In this document: piece after piece, positions 1-13,140 of the stretch
Layout: the number at the start of each line of letters is the position of its first letter
How positions within the stretch are numbered: position 1 is the stretch's first letter
NCBI RefSeq assembly: GCF_036365525.1
Contig: NC_090399.1
Span: 15,127,558-15,191,557, forward strand
Source: Heterodontus francisci
Taxonomy: Eukaryota
Length of the DNA: 64,000 nt
Reading direction: 5' to 3'
Position numbers and translations under genes: made by a program
Notes under the pieces: model-generated
Told to the model about the DNA's origin: nothing
Databases searched by the model: none
What the model saw: the letters and a program-made list of their open reading frames with translations, nothing else

Positions 1-201
1 TAGCACAGAAAGCAGTTGAGACCAAATAATTAAATATATTCAAGAAGGAGTTAGATGCAGTTCTTGGGGTTAAAGGGATCAAGAGATACGGGGAGAAAGC
101 GGGAACAGGGTGTTGAGTTTGGGTGATCAGTCATAATCATATTGAATAGCGGTGCAGGCTCTAAGGGTCAAATGGCCTACTCCTGCTATTTTCTATGTTT
201 C
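1..201 (+). mobile_element. CR1 LINE 3' end/3'UTR
   Basis: Typical CR1 terminus (…aagggtcaaatggcctactcctgct…ttctatgtttc), homologous to other CR1 tails in the window. Confidence 0.8.
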
Positions 202-3200
202 CAAGATCTGATAGTCATTAGAGAGAAATGGCTGCAAGATGACAAAAACTGGGACCTGAATATTCAAGGGTACATGACATTTAGGAAGGACAGGAAACAA
301 GGAAAAGGAGCAAGACTAGCTCTGTTAATTACGGATGGCATTGGTACAATAGAGAGAGGTGACCTTAGTTCTGGAGATCAAGATGTAGAATCAGTTTGGG
401 TAGAGATGAGAAATAGTAAAGGTAAGAAGTCACTTGTGGTAGTGGTTTTCGGCCCCCTACCAGTAACAACACTGTAGGACGGGGTTTGCAGGATGAAATA
501 ATGGGTGCTTGTGAGAAAGGTACGATGGTAATCATGGGTGATTTTAATCTACATATAGATTGGACGAATCAGATTGCTAAAGGTAGCCTTAATGATGAGT
601 TCATAGAGTGTTTTCAGGACAGTTTCTTGGAGCAGCACGTTCTAGAGCTAACCAGAGAGCAGGCTTTCCTAGATATGGTACTGTGCATTGAAACAGGATT
701 AATTAATAATCTCATAGGTAAGGTGCCCCTAGGTAGCAGTGATCATAATATGATCGAATTTTACATTCAGTTTGAAGGAGATAAGGGTGAATCTAAGACT
801 AGTGTTTTAAATTTAAACAAGGGCAATTATGAGGGCATGAAGGCAGAGCTGGCTAAAGTAAACTGGCAAATTAGGTTAAGAGATAGTTCAGTAGAGAAGC
901 AGTGGCAGACATCTAAGGAGCTATTTCAGAATACTTCAGAGAAGGTGCACTCCGGTGAGAAACAAAGACTCTAAAGGAAGGAAGCTCCATTCGTGGCTAA
1001 TGAAAGAAGTAAAAAGCAGTATCAAATTAAAAGAAAAAACATGTAACCATGCAAAGATGAGTGGTAGGTCAGAAGATTGGGCAGAATATAACAAGCTGCA
1101 AAGAATGACTAAAAGATTAAGAAGGGGGAGAAATTAGAGTACAAGAGAAAACTAGCTAGAAATATAAAATAGGTAGTAATCTGGGAAGGTGGTGATGTAG
1201 TGATAATGTCACTGGGCTAGTAATCCAGAGGCCCAAGCTAAAGCCCTGGGCACGTAGGTTCGAATCCCAACACGGCAGGTGGTGAAATTTGAATTCAATT
1301 AATAAAAACCTGGAATTTTATAAAAGCTAGTCCAATGGTGACCATGAAACCATTGTCATTTTTTGTAAAAACCCACCTGGTTCGCTAATGTCCTTTTGGG
1401 AAGGAAATCCACCGTCCTTACCTGGTCTGGTCTACGTGTGATTCCAGATCCACAGCAATGCAGTTGACCCTTAAATGCCCTCTGAAATGACCTAGCAAGC
1501 CATTCAGTTTCTCAATGAGCGATGGATAATAAAAGCTTGCACCCACATTCCTTGAATGAATCAAAAAAAAGTTTCTACAGGTATTTAAAAAGGAAAAGAG
1601 CAAGTAAATTGAGTGTTGGTGCTTTAGAGAGTGAGTCTGTGGAATTAAGATTGACAGGTGAATTGAATAGATATTTTGCATCTGTCTTCACTGCAGAGGA
1701 TACAAATAACATCCCAGAAATATTTGTGAATAAGGAGGTGAAAGGGAGGGAGGAACTTAAAACAATTACAATCACGAGGGAAAGGACACTGAAAAAAAAG
1801 AGCTAAAAACTGACAAGTCCCAAGGTCCTGATGGACTTCATCTTAGGGTCTTAAAATAAGTGACTGCTGAGATATTAGATGCATTGGTTTTAATTTCCCA
1901 AAATTCCCTAGATTCTGGAAACGTTTAATCAGATTGAGAAATAGCAAATGTGATTCCTCTATGTAAGGAAGGAGGGAGACAGAAAGCATAGGGAAATACT
2001 GTAATCTATTATTAAGGAGGTTATACAAGGGCACTTAGAAAATCTCAATGTAATCAGCAGAGTCAACATAGTATCATGAAAGTGAAATCATTTTTGACTA
2101 ATTTAATGGAGTTCTTTGACGAAGTAACAAACAGCATGGATAAGGGGGAACCTGTGGATATGGCGTGCTTGGATTTCCAAAAGGCATTTGACAAGGTGCC
2201 ACATCAAATGTTACGAAGCAAAATAAGAACTCATGATTGAGGGCGTGACATATTAGCATGGATACAGGATTGGTTTGCTAACAGGCAGCAGAGAGTAAGG
2301 ATAAATGGATCCTTTTCGGGTTGGCAACCTGCAAGTAGTGGAGTGCCACAGGGATCAGTGTGGGGCCTCAACTATTTACAATTAATATCAATGATTTGGG
2401 TGAAGGGAACGAATGTATGGTTGCTAAATTTTCTGATGGCACAAAGATAGGTAGGGTAGTAAGTTGTGAAGCGGACATAAGGAGTTTGCAAAGGGACATT
2501 AGATAGGTTAAGTGAGTGGGCAAAAAATTGTCAAATGAAGTATAATGTGGGAAAATGTGAACTTATTCACTTTGACAGGAAGAATAGAAAAGTAGAATAT
2601 TATTTAAATGGAGAAAGTTTGCAGAACTCTGAGGTACAGGTGAATCTGGGTGTCCTGCTACATAAATCAGAAAAGGTTGGTATGTAGATACAGCAAGTGA
2701 TTAGGAAAGCAACTGGAATGTTGTAGTGTATTGCAAGGGGAATGGGATATAAGCTGTGTACAGGTTTGGTCTCCTTCTTTAATAAAAGATATAAATGCAT
2801 TAGAGGCAGTGCAGAGAAGGTTCACTCCACTGATACCTGGGATGATGGGGGGGGGGGGGAGGGGACGGGGGTGGGGGGGGGGGAGGGTGGTTGGGGGGGA
2901 GGGGGGATAGTGGTGGTGCGTGTTATCTTATGAAGCAAGGTTGGACTGGTTGGGTCTGTATCCATTGGTGTTCAGAAGATTGAGAGGTGATCATATTGAA
3001 ACATATAACATCCTAAGGGGACTTGACAGAGTGGATGCTGAAAGGACGTTTCCCCTTATGGAGAGACTAGAACTAGGGGACATAGTTTAAATATAAGAGG
3101 CCATCCATTTAAATTGGAGATGAGGAGAATTTTTTTCTCTCAGAGGGTTGTGAGTCGTTGGAAATCTCTTCCTGAGGGCATGGGGGAGGCAGGGTCATTG

Positions 3201-3203
3201 AAT
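202..3203 (+). mobile_element. Degenerate CR1 LINE ORF2 (APE endonuclease + RT), interrupted by a SINE at ~1181-1570
   Basis: ORF fragments with GDFN, SDHNMIEF, FASVFT, KSxGPDG, DFQKAFDKV and PQGSV motifs; many stops and frameshifts. Confidence 0.9.
1181..1570 (+). mobile_element. tRNA-headed SINE with Zenon-type LINE 3' tail
   Basis: A-box-like TGATGTAGTGA, perfect B-box GGTTCGAATCC (1257-1267), core homologous to 4565-4763, tail …cccacattccttgaatgaatc(A)n homologous to 11820-11894; splits a CR1 ORF2. Confidence 0.8.
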
Positions 3204-3204
3204 A

Positions 3205-4420
3205 CATCTACACTTTCTAATGGCCAACCATTTAATAAATACTCTGCATATCTATTCCTTCTACCAAAGTGGATAACCTCACATTTTTCCACATTCTATT
3301 CCATCTGCTATATTCTTACCCATTCACTAAGTCTGTCCAGATCTCCTTGAATTTGCTTTGCATCATCCTCACAACACACATTCCCGCCACTTTGCGGAAC
3401 ACTTCTGCTCAGTCCGCAAACATGACCCTGAGCTTCCTGTCGCTTGCCGTTTCAACACACACCTCCTGCTCTCATGCCCACATCTCTGTGTTGGGATTGC
3501 TGCAGTGTTCCAGTGAACATCAATGCAGGCTCAAGGAACAGCACTTCATTTACCGTTCAGAGCATGACTGGCTGTGCCCCTTTTTTCAGTTTTACGTTTT
3601 TTTAGTTTTATTTTGTATTTTTTTTTATTTCATTTTATTTTAGTTTGTTTCATCATTATACTTTTTTTTAACCACGTGCCTGACCACTTTTTTCATGTTT
3701 TGCTTTTGACTAAGGCTTTTGTTATTCTATCATTTAACATCCTCTCTGCATTAACGCTTTGTATTTCACCACACCATTAACTTTGCCTTTGCTCCATGAC
3801 CTCCTTGTCAGTTTTTCTCTGTAACCAACTGTCCTATCAACACCTTCCCATTTGTTCTCTTTTGCCCCACCCCCACTTTATTTGCTTAAAACCTATTACA
3901 TTTCTAACCTTTGCCAGTTTTGACGAAAGGCCACTGACCTGAAACGTTAACTTTGCTTCTCTATCCACAGATGCTGCCAGACCTGCTAAGTATTTCCAGC
4001 ATTTTTTGGTTTTATGACGCATTCCCACCTAGTTTTGCGTCATCCGCAAACTTGGAAATATTACATTTGGTCACCACATCCAAATCGTTGATAATATAAT
4101 ATGAACAGCTGGGGCCCAAGTACTGATCCATGCAGTATCCCACTAGTCACAGCCTGCCAACATGAGAATGAGCCGTTTATTCCTACTCTCTGTTTTCTGC
4201 CTGTTAACCAATCCTTAATCCATGGCAATACATTACCTCCTATCCCATGTGCTTTAATTTTGCTCACCAACCTCTATGGGGGACTTTATCAAAAGCCTTC
4301 TGAAAATCCAAGTATACTATGTCCACCAACTCCCCTTTATCAATTCTGTTAGTAACATCCTGAAAAATCTCCAACAGGTTCATCAAACATGATTTCCCAT
4401 TCATAAATCCAAGTTGAATA
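3205..4420 (-). mobile_element. CR1 RT fragment, interrupted by a Penelope fragment
   Basis: Minus-strand ORFs with GKSCLMNLLEIF, VYLDFQKAFDKV, GSVLGPQLF. Confidence 0.85.
3387..4016 (+). mobile_element. Penelope-like element 3' fragment (end of GIY-YIG ORF + pLTR with degenerate hammerhead)
   Basis: Homologous to 21545-22280 and 53725-54328; flanked by imperfect duplication acacattccc/acgcattccc; hammerhead remnant ~3917-3952. Confidence 0.8.
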
Positions 4421-4564
4421 TGCCCAAACAGAAAGAAAAATGAAAATAAAAAAAAATTGACAATAATTTGTGAAAATGATCGATGATACAAATTACACAT
4501 GTGGATAAGGATATATATCACTCCAGGTATTCAAATTAGGGATCAAAGTAAATTAACCCCTTCA

Positions 4565-6810
4565 TCTGGAATTAAAAGCTAGTCTAATGATGGCCATGAA
4601 ACCATTGTCGATTGTCATAAAAAAAAGCACCTGGCTCACTAATATTCTTTAGGGAAGGAAATCTGCTGTCAATACCTGGCCTGACTTACATGTGACTCCA
4701 GACACACAGCAATGTGGTTGACTCTTAAATGGCCTCTGAAATGGCCTAGCAAACCACTCAGTTGTAACAAACGTCTACGAAGTCAATAAGGAATGAAACT
4801 GGATAGACCACTTGGCATCGACCTAGGCACCAGACACGACAGCAGCAAACCCAACCCTGTTGATCCTGCAAAGTCCTCCTTAATAACATCTGCATACATG
4901 TGCCAAAGTTGGTAGAGCTGTCCCACAGACGACTCAAGCAGCAGCTTGACATATTCCTACTCACAGAACCATACGTTACAGACAATGTCCCAGACACCAC
5001 AATCACCATCCCTGGTATGTCCTGTCCCACCAGTAGTACAGGCCCTGCAGAGCTGGTGGCACTGTGGTATACATTCGGGAGGGAGTTGACCTGGGAGTCC
5101 TCAACATCGACTCCAGACCCCATGATGGCTCGTGCATTCAGGTCAAGCAGGGGCAAGGAAACCTCCTGCTGATTACCACCTACCGCCCCCCACCCATCCA
5201 CCACCTCCCCCCTCCCCCCCCCCCCCCCCCCCCCCCCCACAGCTGATGAAACACTACTCCTAAATGTTGAACACTACTTGGGTGAAGCACTGAGGATGGC
5301 AAGGCGCAGAATGTACCCTGGGTGGGGGACTTCAATATCCATCACCAAGGGTGGTTCAGTAGCACCAATACTGACCGAGCTGGCCGAGCCCTAAAGGACA
5401 TCATTGGTAGATTCGATTTGTGGCAGGTGTGAGGGAACCAACAAGAGGGGAAAACGTACTTGACTTCATCCTCAGCAATCTGCTTGTTGCAGATGCATCT
5501 GTCCATGACAACATTGGTAGGAATGGCCACTGCACAGTCCTTGTGGAGACAAAGTCCCATCTTCATACTGAGGATACCATCCATCGTGTTGTGTGGCACT
5601 ACCACAGTGCAAAATGGGATCGATTTCAAACAGATCTAGCAACACAAAACTGGGCATTCATGAGGCGTTATGGGCCATCAGCAGCAGCAGAACACAACCA
5701 CAATCTGTAACCTCATGGCCCGGCATATCCTCCACTCTACCGTTACTATAGGGGATCAACCCTGGTTCAATGAAGAGTACAGGAGGGCATGCCAGGAGTA
5801 GCACCAGGCACACCTAAAAATGAGGTGTCAGATTGGTGAAGCTACAACACAGGACAACTTATGTGCCAAACAGTGTAAGCAGCATGCGATAGACAGAGCT
5901 AAGTGATCCCACAAGCAACAGATCAGATCTAAGCTCTGCAGTCCTGCCACATCCAATCGTGAATGGTGGTGGGTAATTAAACAACTAACTGGAGCAGGTG
6001 GCTCCACAAATATCCCCATCCTTCTTGATGTGGGAGCCCAGCACATCAGTGCAAAAGATAAGGCTGAAGCATTTGCAATGATCGTCAGCCAGAAGTGCCA
6101 AGTTGATGATCCATCTCGGCCTCCTCCTGAAGTCCCCAGCATCACAGATGCCAGTCTTTAGCCAATTTGATTCATTCCATTTGATATCGAGAAACAACTG
6201 AAGGTACTGGATACTGCAAAGGCTATGGGTACTAACAATATTCTGGCAACAGTACTGAGGGCCTGTGCTCCAGAGTTTGCTGTATCCCTAGCCAAGCTGT
6301 TCCCTGCAACTACAACACTGGCACCTGCCTGGTAATGTGGAAAATTGCTCAGGTATATCCTGTACAAAAAACACAGGACAAACCCAACCCAGCCAATTAT
6401 CACCCCATCTGTCTACTCTTGATCATCAGCAAAGTGATGGAAGGTGTTGTCGACAGAGCCATCAAGCGAGACGTGCTTAGCAATAACTCGCTCAGTGATG
6501 CTCACTTTGGGTTCTGCCAGGTTCACTCAACTCCTGACCTCATTACAGCTTTGGTTCAAACATGGATAAAAGCGCTGAATTCAAGAGGTGAGGTGAGAGT
6601 GACTGCCTTTGACATCAAGGTAGAATTTGGTCGAGTATGGCATCAAGGAGTCCTGGCAAAACTGTAGTCAATGGGATTCGGGGGGAGGGGGGGTAGCTCT
6701 CCTCTGGTTGGAGTCATAGCTAGCGCAAAGGACGATGGCTGTAGTTGTTGGAGGTCAATCGTTTCAGCTCCAGGACATCGCTACAGGAGTTCCTTGGGGT
6801 AGTGTCCTAG
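4565..6810 (+). mobile_element. CR1-Zenon-like LINE, 5' half (5' core, APE endonuclease, RT N-terminal part)
   Basis: LLITTYRPP, GDFN, NYHPICLLLIISKVME, GVPWGSVL; continues exactly at 10934 after a CR1 insertion. Confidence 0.8.
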
Positions 6811-9800
6811 AACATAGAACATGGAACAGTACAGCACAGTACAGGCCCTTCGGCCCACGATGTTTTGCCGACCCTTTAACGTACTCTAAGATCAAACTAC
6901 CTACATACCCTTCATTCTACTATCATCCATGTACCTATCCTAGAGTCGCTTAAATGTCCCTAATGTATCTGCTTCTACTACCACCGCTGGCAGTGCATTC
7001 CACACATCCACCACTCTCTGTGTAAAGAACCTACCTCTGACATCTCCCCTAAACCTTCTTCCAATCACCTTAAAATTATGCCCCCTGGTGATAGCCCTTT
7101 CCACCCTGGAAAAATGTCTCTGGCTATCCACTCTATCTATGCCTCTCATCATCTTGTACACCACTATCAAGTCACCTCTCATCCTTCTTCGCTCCAATGA
7201 GAAAAGCCCTAGCTCCCTCAATCTTTCTACATAAGACATGCCCTCCAGTCCAGGCAGCATCCTGGTAAATCTCCTCTGCACCCTCTCTAAAGCTTCCACA
7301 TCCTTCCTATAATGAGGCGACCAGAACTGAACACAATATTCCAAGTGTGGTCTAACCAGGGCTTTACAGAGCTGCAGCATAACCTCACAGCTCTTAAACT
7401 CAATCCCTCTGTTAATAAAAGCCAACACCCCATACGCCTTCTTAACAACCCTATCAACTTGGGTGGCAACTTTGAGGAATCTATGGACGTGGACCCCAAG
7501 ATCCCTCTGTTCCTCCACACTACCAAGAATCCTGTCTTTAAGCCTGTATTCTGCATTCAAATTCGACCTTCCAAAGTGAATCACTTCACACTTTTCCAGG
7601 TTGAACTCCATCTGCCACTTCTCAGCCCAGCTCTCCATCCTGTCAATGTCCTGTTGCAACCTACAACAGCCCTCCACACTATCCACAACTCCAGCAACCT
7701 TTGTGTGATCGGAAAACTTACGAACCCAGCCTTCCACTTCCTCATCCAAGTCATTTACAAAAATCACAAAGAGCAGAGGTCCCAGAACAGATCCCTGCGG
7801 AACACCACTGGTCACCGAGCTCCAGGCTGAATACTTTCCATCGACTACCACCCTCTGTCTTCTATGGGCCAGCCAATTCTGTATCCAGACGGCCAAATTT
7901 CCCTGTATCCCATGCCTCCTTCCTTTCTGAATGAGCCTACCATGGGAAACCTTATCAAATGCCTTGCTAAAATCCAAATACACCACATCCACTGCTCTTC
8001 CTTCATCAATGTGTTTTGTCACATCCTCAAAGAATTCAATAAGGTTTGTGAGGCATGACCTGCCCCTCACAAAGCCATGCTGACTATCTCTAATCAGACT
8101 ATGCTTTTCCAAATAAGCATAAATCCTGTCTCTCAGAATCCTCTCCAATAATTTGCCCACCACCGACGTAAGACTGACTGGTCTGTAATTCCCAGGGTTA
8201 TCCCTATTCCCTTTCTTGAACAAGGGAATAACATTTGCCACCCTCCAATCATCTGGTACTACTCCAGTGGACAGTGAGGATGCAAAGATCATCGCCAAAG
8301 TCGCGGCAATCTCTTCCCTCGCTTCCCATAATAGCCTTGGGTATATCCCGTCTGGCCCCGGGGACTTATCTATCCTCATGTCTTTCAAAATTTCCAGCAC
8401 ATGCTCCTTCTTAACATCAGCCTGTTCGAGCATATCAGCCTGTTTCACGCTGTCCTCACAAAAGACAAGGTCCCTCTCACTAGTGAATACTGAAGCAAAG
8501 TATTCATTAAGGACCTCCCCTACCTCCTCCGACTCCAGGCACAAGTTCCCTCCACTGTCCCTGATCGGCCCTACCCTCACTCTGGCCATCCTCTTGTTCC
8601 TCACATAAGTGTAGAACGCCTTGGGATTTTCCTTAATCTTATCCGCCAAGACTTTTTTCATGTCACCTTCTAGCTCTCCTAAGTCCATTCTTCAGTTCCT
8701 TCCTGGCTACCTTGTAACCATATAGAGCCCTGTCCGATCCTTGCTTCCTCAACTTTAAGTAAGCTTCCTTCTTCCTCTTGACTAGCTGTTCCACATCTCT
8801 TGTCGTCCAAGGTTCCTTCACCCTACCATCCCTTCCTTGCCTCATCAGGACAAACCTATCCAGCAGTCGCAGCAAGTGCTCCCTAAACAACCTACACATT
8901 TCTGTTGTGCATTTCCCTGAGAACATCTGTTCCCAATTTAAGCTCCCCAGTTCCAGCCTAATAGCATTTTAATTCCCCCTCCCCCAATTAAATATTTTCC
9001 CATCCTGTCTGCTCCTATCCCTCTCCATGACTATATTAAAGGTCAGGGAGTTGTGATCACTATCACCAAAATGCTCTCCCACCGAGAGATCTGCCACCTG
9101 GCCTGGTTCGTTGCCAAGCACCAAATCCAACATAGCCTCCCCTCTAGTCGGCCTATCTACATATTGAGTCAGGAAACCTTCCTGGACACACCTGACAAAA
9201 TCTGCTCCATCCAAACTATTTGCACTGAGGAGGTTCCAATCAATATTAGAGAAATTGAAGTCACCCATGACAACAACCCTGTTACTTCTGCACCTTTCCA
9301 AAATATGCCTCCCAATCTGTTCCTCCGTGTCTCTGTTGCTATTGTGGGGTCTCTAGAAAACTCCCAATAAAGTGACTGCTCCTTTCCTGTTTCTGACTTC
9401 CACCCATACTGACTCAGTAGACAAACCCTCCTGGAAGACCTTTCTTTCTGCAGCTGTGATACTATCCCTGATTAGCAATGCCACTCCCCCACCTCTTTTA
9501 CCTCCCTCCCTATTCCTTTTGAAACATCTAAACCCCAGAACATCCAACATCCATTCCTGCCCCTGTGATATCCACGTCTCCGTAATGGCCACAACATCGT
9601 AGCTCCAAGTACTGATCCATGCTCTAAGTTCATCACCCTTGTTCGTGACACTTCTTGGGTTAAAATAGACTCACTTCAACCCATCATACTGGCTGCAACT
9701 TTGCCCTGTCAACTGTCTAACCTTCCTCACAGACTCTCTGCTCTCTGTATCTGCCTGTTCAACAGCTACCCCATCCACTGATCCATAGCTCCGGTTCCCA

Positions 9801-10933
9801 TCCTCCTGCCAAACTAGTTTATACCCTCCCGAAAGCTCTAGCAAACCTCGCGCCCAAGATATTGGTGCCCCTCCAGTTCAGATGCAATCCGTCCTTCTTG
9901 TACAGGTCCCACCTTCCCCAGAAGGTATCCCAATGACCCACATATCCGAAGCCCTCCCTCCTACACCAGCTCTGTAGCCACGTGTTCAGCTGCACTCGCT
10001 CTCTGTTTCTAGCCTCACTAGCACGTGGCACCGTATCAATCCTGAGATTACTACTCTGCTCGTCCTGCCTTTTAGCTTCCAACCTAACTCCCTATGTTCG
10101 CTTTTCAGGTCCTCATCCCTTTTCCTAGCTATGTCATTGGTACCGATGTGTACCACGACTTCTGTCTGCTCCCCCTCCCCCTTAAGAATCCTGTAGACTC
10201 GATCCGAGACATCCCTGACCCTGGCACCCGGGAGGCAACATACCATCCGGGAGTCTCGTTCGCGACCACATAATATCCTGTCTGTTCCTCTAACCATTGA
10301 ATCTCCTATCACTATCACTCTCCTATTCTCCCAACTTCCCTTCTGAGCCACAGAGCCAGGCTCAGTGTCAGAGACCTGGCCGCTGTGGCTTTCGCCTGGT
10401 AGGTCCCCCCCCCCAACCATATCCAAAATGGTATACTTATTATTGAGGGGAACGGCCACAGGGGATCCCTGCACTGTGCGCCTATTCCCTTTCCCTCCCC
10501 TAATGGTCACCCAGCTACCTTTATCCCGTAACTTAGGTGTCACTACTTCCCTATAACTGCTCTCTATCACCCCCTCAGCCTCCTGAATGATCCGAAGTTC
10601 ATCCAGCTTCAGCTCCAGTTCCGTAACGCGGTCAGTGAGCAGCTGTCGTTGGGTGCACTTCTCACAGGTGAAGTCAGCATGGACACAAGTGGTGACCCTT
10701 ACCTCCCACATCCTGCAAGAGGAGCATGCAACTGCCCTAGCTTCCATCCCCTCCGCTCTAAATTGACAAAAGAGATTTTAAAAAAATAAAGGAAAACCTT
10801 ACCTTACCAAACCCTCCACACAAGAGTCCTTTTTTTTGGTTAGAGGAGGAGGATTGGTGGGAGACACTACACGTGTAGTGTTTCGGGTTTAGCCACTGCC
10901 CGAATATGTAAGTTCACTTACCCAGCAGTCCCG
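6811..10933 (-). mobile_element. Near full-length young CR1 LINE (5'UTR, ORF1 zinc-finger/leucine-zipper + SGNH esterase, ORF2 APE-RT), inactivated
   Basis: ORF1 10747-9819 (CxxC..CxxC, GDS, GTND, DGLH; one frameshift); ORF2 ~9700-6940 with two in-frame stops (9353, 8969), a frameshift near 8665 and catalytic FADD changed to FSDH; 9-bp TSD GTGTCCTAG at 6802-6810 and 10934-10942. Confidence 0.95.
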
Positions 10934-11894
10934 GTGTCCTAGGCCCAACCATCTTCAGCTGCTTCATCAATGACCTTCCTTCAATCATAAGCTCAGAGTG
11001 GGGATATGTGCTAATGATTGCACAATGTTCAGCACCACTCACGACTCATCAGATGCTGAAGGAGTCCATGTACAATTGCAGTAAGACCTGGACAATATCC
11101 AGGCTTGGGCTGCTAAGTAGCAAGTAACATTCGTGCCACACAAGTGCCAGGCAATGACCATCTCAAGCAAGACTAATCGAACCATCTCCCCTAGACATTC
11201 AATGGTATTAAGATCACTGAATCTCCCACTATCAATATCCTGGAGTTACCATTGACCAGAAACTGAACTGAAATAGCCATATAAATACCATGGTTACAAG
11301 AGCAGGTCAGAGGCTAGGAATCCTGCGGTGAGTAACTCACCTCCTGGCTTTCCAAAGCCTGTCCACCATCTACAAGGCACAAGTCAGGAGTGTGATGGAA
11401 TGCTCTCCACTTGCCTGGATGGGTGCAGCTCCAGCAACACTCAGGAAGTTCGACACCATCCAGGACAAAGCAGCCCGCTTGATTGGCAACCCATCCACAA
11501 ACACTCACTCCCTCCACCACCGATGCACAGTGGCAGCAGTGTGCACCATATACAAGATTCACTGAAGAAATGCACCAAGGCCTCTTCGACAATACGTTCC
11601 AAATCTGCAGCCTCTACCAGCTAGAAGGACAAGGGCTTGGGAATGCCACCACCTGCAAGTTCCCCTCCAAGTTACACACCATCCTGACTTGGAACTATAT
11701 CTCCGTTCCTTCACTGTCACTGGGTTAAAATCCTGGAACTCCCTTTCTAACAACACTGAGGGTGTACCTACCCCACATGTACTGCAGCGGTTCCAGAAGG
11801 CAGTTCACCACCACCTTCTCAAGGGCAATTAGGGATGGGCAATAAATGCTGACCTAGCCAGCGATGCCCACATCCCAAGGATGAATAAAAAAAA
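10934..11894 (+). mobile_element. CR1-Zenon-like LINE, 3' half with poly(A) tail
   Basis: VLGPTIFSCFINDLP, IYKAQVRSVME motifs; 3' tail ggcaataaatgctg…gaataaaaaaaaa. Confidence 0.85.
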
Positions 11895-13140
11895 ATTCTC
11901 AAGCTCCAAAATGATTCAGTGATATCGGTATCAGTGACAGTGGTTATAGTTTCGTAAGTAAGATTTTGAAACATGCTCCTGTCTGAGCACTAGTATCTAA
12001 GCACAATTACAGTTAACTCTAGGTTGACTGCTTCCAATGGCCATGCCCAAAGCACTGTCATGTCAGTAAATGCGGCATATACCCATGTTGTCCCTCTGCC
12101 AGCCCATCCTTATGGGAGGATTTGTCTGCAGGATGGTGCTGAGCACCTGGCTGAATACATTTACACCTTAATTGCTCGGAGCACCCTTTCTTATACCCTT
12201 GCTACTGAGCAAAATGCTATGAAGACCGATTTACCCCAATCATTGCCTTGCTATAAATTTTCCTACTCTCAGACCAGCACGTTGACATTTCAATGCTGGT
12301 ACCTGGCCAAAGCAAATGAAACACAATGGCCAAGGTGCCCAGCTATCCTACCAGGATTTTAAGGCACGATTGTTTTCTCTGGCCCTTTATCTGTGTCTCA
12401 GGCTCATCTTTTGATTCTCACATACAGGCTCTCAGCTTTCACATTCTGCTTGAATTCCTGTTGAAGTTCACTTTTTGACCATTTGGCCCCTTTTAAACAT
12501 TTAGAGTCAATATAACATTTGATGGCTGAAAATTCAGGCCACATTTTCCCACCATGTCACATCTCTGCCGCTTGTGCCAAGGGCATCTCAAAAGCTATGT
12601 TAAAAATATGCGTAAACATCAACATACCACAACTAGTGAAACTCTAGTAAACAGTCAGTCAGACCACCTTAGTTAGTTCTCATTAATTAGCAAGGAAAAC
12701 CAAAGTAGGGATTTCCCAGGATTCTCACAAGAGTGGAGTGTGATCGACAGATTAACACAAGAAAAGGCAAGTGCAGGAGACAGGGCTGAGAAACGCCATA
12801 TAAACTGACATTTAATTGGGCGAATTCATGTACATTTTATTGGGTAAATCCATACTGTGACTTTAATTGTATCATCACCTTTGTGCAAGCCTAGGAATTC
12901 ACAGTAAACATTGTGCCACTTGTAAATGCAAAAGAGGAAAAAAAACAAGGATTAAGGGAGTTTGGAGAATTATACAGTGACGGGGCTATATCTAGTTTCT
13001 CTCTGGGAGATTTGAGATCTAAATCCATTGTTTTCTTTACATTTACTCAAGACCTATGTGAGCCTGCTGCATTGTGCTTCCGTAAGCAGCCTTCCTTCTA
13101 AAATCAGATCGTAAGTTCCCCTTAAGCATCCAATAAGCAG

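Noticed and set aside
6940-8688. 582-aa RT ORF as an active or domesticated gene
   Set aside because: Part of a CR1 ORF2 with upstream stops and a frameshift, and a mutated catalytic motif (FSDH)
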